A stretch of DNA of 64,000 bases from Octopus vulgaris. Its lineage: Eukaryota. The notes beneath the pieces are model-generated. The model was not told the origin of the DNA and ran no database searches. It saw only the letters and a list, made by a program, of their open reading frames with translations. The DNA is taken from the NCBI GenBank assembly GCA_951406725.2, contig OX597819.1:30814001-30878000 (forward strand), given 5' to 3'. Positions 43,587 through 53,322 of this stretch are shown here, one piece after another (position 1 is the first letter of the stretch; each line of letters opens with the position of its first letter). The position numbers and the translations under genes were made by a program.

Positions 43587-46500
43587 TCATCATCGTTTAA
43601 CGTCCGTTTTCCATGCTAGCATGGATTGGATGGTTTGACTGGGGGCTGGGAAGCCAGGGGGCTGCACCAGGCTCCAGTCTGATCTGGTAGTGTTGAGTAA
43701 AGCAATATTTTATTATAATGATTCAACATTTTGTAATATTTAACCCCTACTAACCTCTTCATTTGCAAAGCAACAAAAAGTCTTGTTACATAAGTAATGC
43801 AATCTATCAATGCAGCAGTGATAGTTTGTTTAAGCATCAAACTGGGACAAATGCTTGAGACAGGCAAGATAAATATGCGTATAATAGAAATTGGGTAATA
43901 GAAAAACTAAAGAATAGTATACAGTCATGAATTCCAACTCAGAGATCAAGTTGATATTTCATCTGTCTACATTGAGAATTGTAGTTGATGTATTTGATCT
44001 CAAGTTCAATCAGCCACCTCTACCTTCATGCTATAGGAGAGCTACCTCTCCTGCAGAAGAGCTACTTCCATCAAGAAGCCAATAAAAACTCTAGATCAAC
44101 AAGTTTCCAATTTCTTTTTTTTAAATAGAAACAAGGAAAGCAAAATATTTAATAGATCATTGCGACATTTTCATTATTGTTACACCATCTTGTCTTGAGC
44201 ATAAGTAGGTTTCTCAAATAATCTACAATATAAGAACCAACTTAGTTTAACCTTACAGAGTTTGGGAATTATCAAAGAGTTCACATGGCAATATACAGAA
44301 AAACATTAGTAGATTCGTGACCTCATAACAGACAAAAACCTAGTGCTGCACAACAAGACACAGGGGTTAGAGTTTAATGATAATTTACATAATTGTCTAT
44401 AAGCACAAAAGAGAGAGTGTTTAAATACCGTAAATCCTCGAGTATAGTCCGCCCTTGAGTATAATACGCAGGGGATTTTTAGGAGGCTGTACCTCTGAAA
44501 AACCTAAACCTTGTGTATAATACGCACGCCTTCTCTAATTTGAGTCAAGGAGGTCTATATAATGTCCTTGGTTTGTAAAAATGTATACAGTAACGTCCTT
44601 TATTATTATTGCATATATAACATAATGCAAACGTGTAGCTTTTTTGTGCATTTTGTTTGCAGAAAATAAAGAAATAACAGTAATAACGTTTAATAAATGT
44701 TGCTTACAGCAAGTTACGGATGATCCGTTTATGACTTCATTGCGTTCAGGCTTAGCTTAAGGTATTTTCGCGCCCGACATCACAAAATGCATCAGAATAC
44801 ACATAGCCAGACAGCAAATAGAGACTCAGACATTGCTTAGAAAATATTTTTCATTTTTAACCTCGTATATAATATGCACTAAAGATTTTGACCTTTAAAT
44901 TTTGGGGAAAAAATGCGGATTATACTTGAGGATTTATGGTAATTGATCAAGTAAAAAAAAATTCAGAATAAAATACAAAGTGTTTACTTGTATAAATGAA
45001 GCATTCTGTTGAAGTTGACCGATGGGTTTCTGGAGAAGAGCTGAAAATTAGAGAGAAATATATTGATATATTCAAATATACCTCAGCTAAAAAAAAAATA
45101 TTTATAAAGATATATTGAATATAAATATATATACATTTATATTTTAAAAATATATATTTACGGAACATAGAACAAAGATAATAGAATATGTTAGTGAAGA
45201 CAGGGCATAAATAATGATATAAATATAGATTATGCAGACACAAGTGTATGGTAGTTTTCTACATAAGCTCAGGAATAGCTGTGTGACTGAGAAGTAGAGT
45301 TATTCACATTAAATTAGTGGAGTTATTACAAAGACCATCCCTTCATAAAACACAGTCTCCAACACCACATACAACTGTCTGAATATAGTGAATTGTCCAA
45401 GCCAGGTTGTTGATGATTTAATTGAATAAATACATGATTAAAGGTATTTCAGCAAGAAGTGTATAAGCTAATGTTTTCATCCCACATTTCTGAAGATGCT
45501 AGGTTGTAATTTGATGGATATTTCTCTGCTATATCAGCAAGCAGAGTAACCTTGTAGAATCTCTGTTGCTGTCCTGCCCACATTAATGTTAAATATATGA
45601 GATCTACAAATGTTTAAAAAATTGTACTTACTTATAAGGTTAATTGACTCTTTGTCAGGGACTGTGAATGCATCCTGGAATGGAAGACAAAAACAAAGAC
45701 AGATTAGTTCTCTGTAAATCATACATCAAACACTGAAGTGAGGGGATATTATAACATTAAATGATAGCCTTCCAAAGAGCAAGTATGACTGAGTGGCTAA
45801 GAAATACACTTCATAACAGCATAGTTGCTATGTCTTCTGTCATAGGGTCTGGTTGACCAGTACGTCATCATCATTATCATTTCACATCCGTTGTCCATGT
45901 TGACATGTGTTGGACACTCCAATCAGGGATTGCAAGCTGGAAGGCTGCACCAAGCTCCAGTTTTTTTTTTACATGGTTTCTATGACTGGATGCCCTTCCT
46001 AATGCCAACCACTCTGAGAGTGTAATGGGTGCTTTTATGTACCACTGACACAGGTGCCATTTACGTGACACCAGTATCTGCTACAACAGCAGTTTTTCTT
46101 GGCTTGATGGGTCTTCTTTCTCAAGCATGACATAATGCTAAATGGACTCAGTCATTGCCTCCATGAGGCTCTATGCTTGAAGGTTGGCATAATGCCAAAA
46201 CGATCTCAGTCCTTGCCTTCTTAGATTGAGTAAAGTGTGCAGGATGGAATCCTGTCAAATATATATATATGTGCATGTGTATATCTTTCAGCAGTGTATA
46301 TTGATAAACAATGTAAACACCAGTAGGAAAACTGATAAATTGAGGCTTTTAAGCAAAAATCCTTCCAAAGTTTGTTCAAACAGATTTGAGCAGACAATTT
46401 CTTGTGTCTCTCTTTTTCCCCTCCCTCTTCTCTTCTACAATACTAAAACTTTGCCTTCTTTTGATTCTCTTCTTCTCATAGAATTATGCTTGACCTAACA

Positions 46501-47943
46501 ATAAGCATTTTACCAGTTTTCTTCACCCAAAATATATCTCATTGGAATGACATATCTCTTTGAAACCATTTTCTTCACGGTTCTTGTTTCCTGAATCTGA
46601 TACTGTAAACTAATGAGACAATAATAATTTTACATCTGTTTTTCAATGCTGGCAGAAGTTGGACAAGTCTGTTCCATTATTTACATTTGGCAGATAATTG
46701 TCCTCATCTTGTTTGTTTTTGACACATTTCAGCTGATATACCCTCCAGCCTTCATAAGGTATCTTGGGGAAATTTTGAACCTGGGTTCTCATTCCTAAGG
46801 TAATTGTTTTTTTTAATGTTATTATTATTATTATTGTTAAGGTCACTGCTTATGCCCATGGGCATATGTCATAGTGGTTAAGAGCGTGGGCTACTAACCC
46901 CAAGATTCCGAGTTCGATTCCAAGCAGTGACCCTAACAATAATAATAATAATAACATTGAAAAAAAAAATTACCTTAGGAATGAGAACCCAGGTTCAAAA
47001 TTTCCCCAAGATACTTGACGAAGGCTGGAGGGTATATCAGCCGAAACGTTGTGTTAACAACAAACAAGATGAGGACAAATATCTGTCGAATGTAAATAAT
47101 GTATATAATTCCTCATCTCTTAAATATAGAACTGGAAAGTCTGTTCCAGTCAGCATTTTGTTACTTGTTGTAGGTCATCATCTCTTACTCCTAACAACAA
47201 AGAAAAACCACTGATCTCTGATCTTGCATATGTGACATTTTCTTTTTTTCTTCCAAAGAGCAAGTATGACTGTGCAGTTAAGAAATACACATAAAAAGCA
47301 CCATTTGAGCATGATCGTTGCCAGTGCCGCCGGACTGGCTCCCGTGCCAGTGGCATGTAAAAAAGCACCATTTGGGTGCGGTTGATGCCAGTAATGCTTG
47401 ACTGGCCCTCATGCTGGTGGCACGTAAAAAGCACCCACTACACTCTCAGGGTGGTTGGCGTTAGGAAGGGCATCCAGCTGTAGAAACTTTGCCAGATCAG
47501 ATTGGAGCCTGGTGCAGCCTTCTGGCTTGCCAGCCCTCAGTCAAACTGTCCAATCCATGCCAGCATGGAAAGTGGACGTTAAACATTGATGATGCTGATT
47601 TTCTTTTCTTTTTGATTTTCTTTTTGGCAACACTGATATGGCTGGCAGACCTTCCTGGTGCCAAGTAGTTCAAACCATTTAAGGAATGCATTTTCATAGT
47701 GCTACTAGTCCAAGACAAAAGACAGATGTGAACATTTAAATGGATGATAAAAAACAAGAAATTTAGGTGGGGGTAACCAAAATTACATTACCTCTGCAAC
47801 CTTTTTGAAGTAATTATTAGTTTGTGCACATCGAAGAACCGTATCACATGCATTTGGGTAATTTTTTGAATATTCCTCAAAATCTGGAAAATGTACCAAC
47901 TAAAAAAATGAAAAATAAAACAGATTATACAGTGTGCATATGT

Positions 47944-48014
<71 letters not shown>

Positions 48015-48057
48015 ATTTTGCAGAACAAACAAGCCAAACAGAACTCAATACATTAAA

Positions 48058-48088
<31 letters not shown>

Positions 48089-49061
48089 GTTCAAATTTAC
48101 AGACAACAAAAGACAGGTGAGGAAACAAGAAGCAGATGTGTTAGTTTAACACTTGGGAAGAATGGAAGTCTTTGACATTTTGAGCCTATGCTCTTCAACA
48201 GAAAAGATTGAGAGGAAAACAAATGGAGAGAGAAAAAAAATGTGTAGGGATTAATGGTTCAACATGATGAATATATATATTCATTTTTTTAATTTACAGA
48301 AAGTCAGAAAAATGACTCAGAGCCCAAAAGCTTCATGTAAGACACTCATCAAACTTTAGTCACTTTTGAAAATTTGTCAATCGAAAAACAACTATATACG
48401 TATGTATTTATAAATATGAACATTTATATGTGATCTTGTGTGTGTGTACATGCATGCAAATATTGGCAAATGTGTGAGTGTAGAGAATAAAGAAAGAGAG
48501 GTTACTCAATACTAAAGGTAGTGTATGTGTGTGTGTGCGTGCATGCTTGTTGAAGCCAATACTTTGTGTTTCACTTTGTATTTCATTTAGTCATAGTTTC
48601 ATGGCTCTAATCATCAGACTAAATGGGAACACTTGATATTTTCTATGATTATTGGAAACATGAAACTGAATAACAAAAAAGTTATGAGTTGGTATGAGTC
48701 ACCATCATCATTTTCACTTGTATTCTTCCATGCTTGCATAGGTCAGACAATACTACATTGAAGTAGAGTTTTCTATGGTTTTGATGTCCTTCCTGATGCC
48801 AACCTTTACCTGTCTCAAAGTGAGGTAGTGATCTCTCAGTCTACTGAACAACAACCAGCTCGGATATATTTGTGTGTGGAAGCCAGAAAGAAAATGACAC
48901 CAAAATTACTATTTTGTTTACAAAGATTGTGAAACACATCGAGACATGTCCCAAAAAACTTGGATATTCTTTCTTAGTGGATTGGAAGCAAGTGACGCTG
49001 TTAGCAAAGCTACTATTCACAACAAGCAAAGAAACACGTGTGTAGAGTTGAGAAATACAAA

Positions 49062-49103
<42 letters not shown>

Positions 49104-50923
49104 TGATGGGTTTCTTTCAAGGTCAGATGAAACTTGTTGAGGCCAGTTTCCTACTGCCAGATGCCTTTCCTGTTGCTCCCCCTCACCATTTTGAGGTAAG
49201 ATAATATTTCCCCAAGGCCAGAAAATTTTTTCACAGAACACTGGAAATGAACAACATTGCTTGTATGATGGTGATGCTCCTTTACAGCCATCACTTGATA
49301 TCAAGATAAGGGTACACACAAAAACACACATACATAGAGATGATAGTCTTCTTCCAGTTTTTGTCTACCAAATCCACTGATAAGGCTTTGGTCAGCCTGT
49401 TGCTATAATATAAGACACTTGTCTAAGGTGCTCCACAGTAGGGCTGAACCCAAGACTACTTGGCTAAAAAGCAAGCTTCTTAGTCATAGAGCCATGCCTA
49501 CATGTGTATGTGTGTGTAAGATATTTGAGGACAGATATATGTTTATAAAAAAAAACAGATATATAATAACAGATAATACCTTTATTATGCTACAAGGATA
49601 AAAATAAACCTTCATTTCTATAATGTTACTCAATAAAGCCACCTTCAGTTTCAACAACTGCTTCTATATGAGATCTAAATTATCTACATGCTCGAATCAA
49701 GTGGTCCTGATTCATTTTGGACATTACTCTGACCATGGCAGCTTTCAAAGAATCTTTGGTATTATGGGCGTGTTCATTGACCTCTCTCTCAACAATGCTC
49801 CACATGTAATAGTCCAATGGATTGAGATCTGGGGAATTAAGAGGCCAAATGTTAGGGGTTATATGATCATGAAAATTTTCAGCCATCCATCCCTAGAGCC
49901 ATGTGTAATAGTGCAGAGTCTTACTGAAACACATATATAGCCTTCCATTGCATACACTGTCTATCCAGGTCTTAACAATTATTTCCAAGACCTCAATATA
50001 GGCGGCAGAGTTAACTCTAAGGCTTTGTGGAAAGAAGTAAGGAGGCATCACATGTCCTTCATTACTGACCCTAAAACCATGACAGTTGCAGGAAATTTTG
50101 TATACATAACACTTGGAACTTCAGAAGGGTCTGCACATAACCATCTGTCATTTCTTCTGTTAACTTTTTGATCTTAATTGAAGTTTTTCTCGTTTGAGAA
50201 TAACCAAATCAATTCTTCTTCTGCTGGATTTTTCAGTTTGTTTAAGAGCCTTTTAGATATGATGTAGTGACTTCTTTTGCTTTTTGACAAATTGACCTTT
50301 CCTAATCATATAGGAAGGTGGTCGTGAAGCTGGTGATGGTGATGATGATGATGATGGAGAAGAGGAGAGGAGGCGGGGAAGGAGGAGGAAGAGAAGGGGA
50401 GGAGGAGGCTGAGGAGGGGGAAGGAGGAGGAGGCTGAGGAGGGGAAGGAGGAGGAGGAGGAGGAGGAGGAGGAGGACAGAAGGAAACTCATAAACTTACA
50501 AGTTCTTTTAGTGTTGGTCCAACAGTCTCTGAATGACTCCAGTTCTGCACCTTTGGAGTCAGCTGCAGCACACATTCTCTGTGGACATTCAAAATCTTGG
50601 GGACATTGGAAAAAATGCTTGCTATATCTTGTTGAGTTAATATACTGTCCTTACTGTTCACTGATGCACTGAACATATCCATCAGCTGTAAAATATTTAC
50701 AATACAATAAATTAATATGATTTGTTTCAAATGTACACATGACGAAATTTTGTTAAGGAGTGATATGATATGATATGATATGACATAATCAATTAAACTC
50801 CAGTATATCATCACTGCTTCATTTATTCACACCAAAATGGATGCAAAGCATATTTTTACCCTGCCAGGACATTACTTGCATTTGACAACTGAGACTAAAT
50901 CCAATAAGAAGAGCTGTCAGGCA

Positions 50924-50955
<32 letters not shown>

Positions 50956-51682
50956 ATTTTATTATTTGCGGGAATAAAATCCAAACTTACAAGGAAAAAA
51001 ATTCAATTTAGAAATACTAAATCAAATTTCACACAATATAATATATATAAAAAAAATTAGAAAAAAAAACACCTTTTATCAATTCAAAATGAAGAATTAA
51101 ATTACACCATCTAGGAAATTACATATAATAGAAAAATTAAAATTAAAATATTATATACGTTTTTATTATTATTTTTTGCAATTTACTTAATCTTTGACAT
51201 TTTATTGTTATTTTAATTTTAATTTTTCTATTATATGTAATTTTCTAGATGGTGTAATTTAATTGTTCATTTTGAATTGATAAAAGGTGTTTTTTTTCTA
51301 ATTTATATATATATATATATATTCCTTTAATTTCCACTGTTTAGGTTGCAATATACTTTACGTGAAATAAATGAATTTTGAAATAAATTTTGTTGTGTCT
51401 TAGGAGATTCATTACACCAGTATTAATAACATATGCAACATTTTATTTCAGTAGACTTATGGGGCTCATCCAACAAAAATACCAGTGTGTGTGTGTGTGT
51501 GTGTGGTATTAATATTGGTGTAATGACTCTCTCAAGATACAAGAAAAGTCAGTAATAGTCTTTCCTTTACCTGGTTATCAGGGTCAAAGTACCAAAAGCA
51601 AAGTCCTATAAACCAAAATCAGAGTAAAAACATGCTGTGACAAGTACAAAGAGTGTGAGCACAGTTGTGTGTGTAAGAGAGA

Positions 51683-51719
<37 letters not shown>

Positions 51720-53322
51720 TGTGTGTGTGAGTGCAAGCTTAAAACCATGCAGTTTTGAGTCTGACCAATGCTTTGAGTAGAATTGGTAGATGAAAACTGT
51801 ACGGAAACCACAACCTCTGCTATCAGCATTTATTTGAATATTTAATCACCTGTGTTTCCTACTTGATGCAAATACATCACGAAAATCCAAATTAACAGCA
51901 GTATTCATCCAGAAATAATATCTCCTATGGATGTACAGCGTTAAATAACACAAATACATAAGTAGCAGACAAAACTCATCCAGCAGCAGTAGTGAGAAAG
52001 CTAGGTGCGCATTTCAGCCTCATTGGGCTTTGTCAGTAGTATATAACTACTAGCAACCAACTGAATTATTTAATATTTATTTATCTACTCTGTGGAGGTG
52101 CAATGGCCCAGTGGTTAGGGCAGCAGACTTGCGGTCGTAGGATTGCGGTTTCGATTCCCAGACTGGGCATTGTGAGTGTTAACTGAATGAAAACACCTAA
52201 AGCTCCACGAGGCTCCGGCAGGAGATGGTGGTGAACCCTGCTGTACTCTTTCACCACAACTTTCTCTCACTTTTTCTTCCTGTTTCTGTTGTACCTGTAT
52301 TTCAAAGGGCCAGCCTTGTCACATTCTGTGTCATGCTGAATCTCCCCAAGAACTACGTTAAGGGTATACGTGTCTGTGGAGTGCTCATCCACTTGCACGA
52401 TAATAGATGAGCTGCGATGTCACTGATGCCAAGCTGTATCGGCCTTTGTCTTTCCCTTGGATAACATCGGTGGCATGGAGAGGGGAGGCTGTTATGCATG
52501 GGCAACTGCTGGTCTTCCATAATCAATCTTGCCCAGACTTGTGCCTCGGAGGGTAACTTTCTAGGCGCAATCCATGGTCATTCATGATCGAAGGGGATCA
52601 CAATTTATCTACTTTATATCACAACTGGTGAACAATAATGCATTGGTTACAGGTTTTCAATGGGATAATAATTGGTTTATTGATGATGAAGCTAATGAGG
52701 AATTGTCTAGTACTATGTAGAACGAATATCTTCAGAGACTTCATGTGTAAAGCAGTTTTTTTGTTTGACATTAATCTTTATATACTTCACCAACACACAT
52801 CAGGGAAAAACACATACATATACACAGTTTCTTTCAATAAAATTTCCTTCATAAGGCATTGGATCAACCTGAGACTAAGGCAGAAGATATTTACACAAAG
52901 CACCATGCAGTGAGATCAAATTCATGGTTGCAAAGCAAACTTCTTTATCATACAACTATGCCAGTACCCACCAGAAACAAAAGTCTTTCACAGCCTACTA
53001 ATCCCTTCCATAATAACTATTATCCCTATAAATGGAAATGGAAAATCAAAGTTTATCATTTTGTTTATGTAACAGTTATTATCAAAGTAATGTAGCAAAA
53101 TAGATTACAATAACAATAAAATTATTTAATAAATAAATAAAATTTTAACTAAATTTTTTAAAAATCAATAGAAACCTTTTCTAAATGCTCTAAGTATTTG
53201 ATAAAAGTTTCTTCTTGTGCCAGAAATCCTCGAATGGCTCGTTCCCTCATCTTTAGTAAATTGGCATCATCTGCTGATTCTTCATACTCTCGAATAAAGT
53301 CATATTCCGGTAAGATATTTTC
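3982..53322 (-). CDS. ABR: BCR/ABR-family RhoGEF(DH)-PH-C2-RhoGAP gene, 22 coding exons (about 758 aa); N-terminus uncertain
   Basis: Manually spliced GT-AG exons join in frame. DH (EETFIKYLE...IFSNVPKI...LLQKP...[12 protein letters not shown]), PH ([17 protein letters not shown]...KWFIPI...REEWKEAI), C2 ([15 protein letters not shown]...[12 protein letters not shown]), RhoGAP (GVFGVD...GIYRVSG...[12 protein letters not shown]...[13 protein letters not shown]). This domain order is diagnostic of BCR/ABR. Confidence 0.93.
5458..5563 (-). CDS. ABR: ABR/BCR exon (RhoGAP)
   Basis: cag|...|gtaag, 106 nt; [36 protein letters not shown]. Confidence 0.9.
5661..6090. mobile_element. Non-autonomous DNA element with about 30-bp TIRs
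   Basis: ggatcttttctgttttaacggcagttttt / aaaaactgctgttcaaatcgaaaaaatcc; internal ccctaaccgtaaccctaa. Confidence 0.65.
6905..7100. mobile_element. Possible solo LTR
   Basis: TGTTATG...CATAACA termini, composition distinct from flanks; no clear TSD. Confidence 0.4.
7772..7912 (-). CDS. ABR: ABR/BCR exon (RhoGAP)
   Basis: 141 nt; [46 protein letters not shown]. Confidence 0.92.
8502..8579 (-). CDS. ABR: ABR/BCR exon (RhoGAP arginine finger)
   Basis: 78 nt; [26 protein letters not shown]. Confidence 0.92.
9170..9560 (-). mobile_element. Degenerate RTE LINE 3' fragment
   Basis: Minus frame EKRLCWYG-like RTE C-terminal motif with stops. Confidence 0.5.
9652..9713 (-). CDS. ABR: ABR/BCR exon (RhoGAP start)
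   Basis: 62 nt, cag|...|gtatgt; [21 protein letters not shown]. Confidence 0.88.
9911..10139. mobile_element. TTAA-flanked piggyBac-like MITE, family 1
   Basis: ttaa-cccttttgttac ... gtaacaaaaggg-ttaa; second copy at 37122-37348. Confidence 0.8.
10945..11173. mobile_element. TTAA-flanked MITE, family 2
   Basis: ttaa-ccctttagc ... ggg-ttaa; copies at 36901-37125 and 59087-59312. Confidence 0.75.
12991..13100 (-). CDS. ABR: ABR/BCR exon (C2 end and linker)
   Basis: 110 nt; [37 protein letters not shown]. Confidence 0.9.
14265..14830 (-). mobile_element. R4/Dong-like non-LTR retrotransposon 3' fragment (RLE domain)
   Basis: [27 protein letters not shown], followed by NRPGIV and [12 protein letters not shown]-like motifs; abuts (ATT)n. 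Confidence 0.65.
15673..15726 (-). CDS. ABR: ABR/BCR exon (C2)
   Basis: 54 nt, phase 0/0; [18 protein letters not shown]. Confidence 0.82.
16720..17250 (+). mobile_element. Full-length tRNA-derived SINE, family A (internal TA/TG microsatellite)
   Basis: ggagtggctgtgtggtaag...gggttcagtccc head, gactgaaacaagtaaaagag tail; other copies at about 4360-4795(-), 15860-16200(-), 22470-22815(-), 37810-38220, 60985-61390. Confidence 0.85.
18200..18975 (-). mobile_element. Penelope-like retroelement 3' remnant (GIY-YIG C-terminus, pyrimidine-rich tail, terminal hammerhead-like motif)
   Basis: [22 protein letters not shown]...QELIF resembles the PLE endonuclease C-terminus (HF...HS...E.LIF...GLN); motif CUUU-CUGUUGA-AGAGC(AUAG)GCUU-GAAA-UG-UA-AAAG at 18267-18302. 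Confidence 0.6.
19045..19590. repeat. About 540-bp imperfect palindrome (centre 19329-19337), Penelope-terminus-like
   Basis: Mirror ORFs 19184-19525(-) and 19195-19491(+); contains ctgaagaagg and cttcgaaacgcg; microsatellite flanks. Confidence 0.9.
19872..20068 (-). CDS. ABR: ABR/BCR exon (C2)
   Basis: 197 nt; [65 protein letters not shown]. Confidence 0.93.
20256..20469 (+). repeat. (GAA)n microsatellite, about 71 uninterrupted units
   Basis: Direct reading. Confidence 0.98.
21773..21844 (-). CDS. ABR: ABR/BCR exon (C2 start); tandem AAG/TAG acceptor, so the boundary may be 21841
   Basis: [23 protein letters not shown]; gtaag donor. Confidence 0.82.
22290..22326 (-). CDS. ABR: ABR/BCR small exon (PH-C2 linker)
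   Basis: 37 nt, cag|...|gtaaac, phases 0/1 fit neighbours; [12 protein letters not shown]. Confidence 0.75.
23075..23350 (-). mobile_element. RTE-clade LINE 3' end
   Basis: [23 protein letters not shown]...RWNKEWLEI, ending in (caagt)n. Confidence 0.7.
24253..24314 (-). CDS. ABR: ABR/BCR exon (PH-C2 linker)
   Basis: 62 nt; [20 protein letters not shown], gtaggt donor. Confidence 0.8.
25648..25783 (-). CDS. ABR: ABR/BCR exon (PH C-terminus)
   Basis: 136 nt; [45 protein letters not shown]. Confidence 0.88.
26894..26928 (+). ncRNA. Hammerhead-like motif in left arm of palindrome (decayed stem III)
   Basis: GUCU-CUGACGA-A GAGC(UCC)GCUC-GAAA-CA-UU-AAAC. Confidence 0.5.
27021..27055 (-). ncRNA. 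Hammerhead-like motif in right arm of palindrome
   Basis: Minus strand GUUU-CUGACGA-A GAGC(UCC)GCUC-GAAA-CA-UU-AAAC; stem I intact. Confidence 0.5.
27544..27810 (+). mobile_element. SINE family C (MetaSINE-like core) with triplicated 17-bp 5' end
   Basis: (aggcggcgagatggcaa)x3, gagttcaaattcc B box, gtcgactttgcctttcatcctttcggggtcgataa core; copies near 10290-10770, 14885-15270, 17780-17970. Confidence 0.8.
29010..29400 (+). mobile_element. Repeat family B (RTE-associated tail with internal tandem units, ending in (GAT)n)
   Basis: gccggtggcacgtaaaaagcacc units, ggaagggcatccagctgtagaaac, catgctagcatggaaa; copies at about 5005-5255, 24350-24820 (inverted pair), 45865-46080(-), 47290-47595, 56830-57345. 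Confidence 0.8.
29654..29722 (-). CDS. ABR: ABR/BCR exon (PH insert)
   Basis: 69 nt, strong pyrimidine tract plus tag; [23 protein letters not shown]. Confidence 0.78.
30545..33075 (+). pseudogene. Degenerate RTE-type reverse transcriptase, split by an insertion
   Basis: [43 protein letters not shown] motifs with many stops. Confidence 0.7.
31398..32614. mobile_element. TIR-bounded insertion within the RT, just after the YxDD motif
   Basis: gatctagtctttctcttttgcaaaatg / catattttgtgaatgaaaaaaaactagatc; RT resumes on the far side. Confidence 0.6.
33645..33724 (-). CDS. ABR: ABR/BCR exon (PH insert, coiled-coil-like)
   Basis: 80 nt; [27 protein letters not shown]. Confidence 0.85.
34646..35400 (+). 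mobile_element. Tc1-like transposase C-terminal remnant
   Basis: [32 protein letters not shown]; frameshifted. Confidence 0.8.
35618..35658 (+). ncRNA. Minimal type-I hammerhead ribozyme motif (copy 1)
   Basis: CCAGA-CUGAUGA-C GAG(CAAAGA)CUC A-GAAA-CUAG-UC-UCUGG: 5-bp stem I, intact core, palindromic stem III, GUC triplet (cleavage after 35653). Confidence 0.75.
35959..35999 (+). ncRNA. Minimal type-I hammerhead ribozyme motif (copy 2, slightly decayed)
   Basis: CCCGA-CUGAUGA-CAAG(CAAAGA)CUCA-GAAA-CUAG-UC-UCUGG; extra mismatches in stems I and II. Confidence 0.6.
36901..37348. mobile_element. Two adjacent TTAA MITEs (families 2 and 1) sharing one TTAA
   Basis: Similarity to 10945-11173 and 9911-10139; junction ttaa at 37122-37125. 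Confidence 0.75.
37519..37598 (-). CDS. ABR: ABR/BCR exon (PH)
   Basis: 80 nt; [26 protein letters not shown] (BCR-like KWYIP motif). Confidence 0.87.
37810..38220 (+). mobile_element. SINE family A copy
   Basis: Colinear with 16720-17250. Confidence 0.8.
38701..38851. repeat. 150-bp imperfect palindrome
   Basis: taaggttaccattggcttcatgttaagaaaatatc ... gatattttcttaacatgaaaccaatggtagcctta; next to (CA)n(TA)n. Confidence 0.85.
39125..39249 (-). CDS. ABR: ABR/BCR exon (PH start)
   Basis: 125 nt; [41 protein letters not shown]. Confidence 0.92.
42690..42797 (-). CDS. ABR: ABR/BCR exon (DH C-terminus)
   Basis: 108 nt; [36 protein letters not shown]. Confidence 0.9.
44426..44941. mobile_element. 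pogo/Tc2-like MITE
   Basis: ta-ccgtaaatcctcgagtata ... tatacttgaggatttatgg-ta TIRs with TA TSD. Confidence 0.8.
44988..45040 (-). CDS. ABR: ABR/BCR exon (DH)
   Basis: 53 nt; [17 protein letters not shown]. Confidence 0.85.
45632..45674 (-). CDS. ABR: ABR/BCR exon (DH)
   Basis: 43 nt, phase 0/1; [14 protein letters not shown]. Confidence 0.78.
46677..47136 (+). mobile_element. tRNA-derived SINE with hammerhead-like tail and inverted duplication of its body
   Basis: A box tagtggttaag (46872), B box gagttcgattcc (46910); arms 46675-46851 and 46922-47101; flanking direct repeat aagtctgttcca at 46665 and 47137. Confidence 0.75.
47011..47054 (+). ncRNA. Hammerhead-like motif (core C3 to U)
   Basis: AUAC-UUGACGA-A GGCUG(GAGGGUAUAU)CAGCC-GAAA-CG-UU-GUGU. 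Confidence 0.55.
47792..47899 (-). CDS. ABR: ABR/BCR exon (DH)
   Basis: 108 nt; [36 protein letters not shown]. Confidence 0.88.
48088..48265 (-). mobile_element. Second copy of the same Penelope-like terminal repeat
   Basis: Similar to 18195-18365; ctgttgaagagcataggctcaaaatgtcaaag at 48170-48204; next to (TA)n. Confidence 0.55.
49600..50305 (-). mobile_element. Tc1/mariner-superfamily (maT-like) transposase remnant
   Basis: [20 protein letters not shown] motif. Confidence 0.8.
50500..50685 (-). CDS. ABR: ABR/BCR exon (DH)
   Basis: 186 nt; [62 protein letters not shown]. Confidence 0.92.
51040..51320. repeat. AT-rich inverted repeat (arms about 110 bp)
   Basis: caccttttatcaattcaaaatgaa...ccatctag paired with ctagatggtg...ttcattttgaattgataaaaggtg. 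Confidence 0.85.
52090..52602 (+). mobile_element. tRNA-derived SINE, family D, with 11-bp TSD
   Basis: tggcccagtggttagg A box, ggtttcgattcc B box; TSD atttatctact at 52079 and 52603; related pieces at 41480-41725(-) and 58345-58660(-). Confidence 0.8.
53176..53322 (-). CDS. ABR: ABR/BCR exon (DH start)
   Basis: 147 nt; [49 protein letters not shown]. Confidence 0.9.

Noticed and set aside
46860-46926. tRNA gene
   Set aside because: A and B boxes are present but there is no good acceptor stem; it is a SINE head inside a TSD-flanked insertion.
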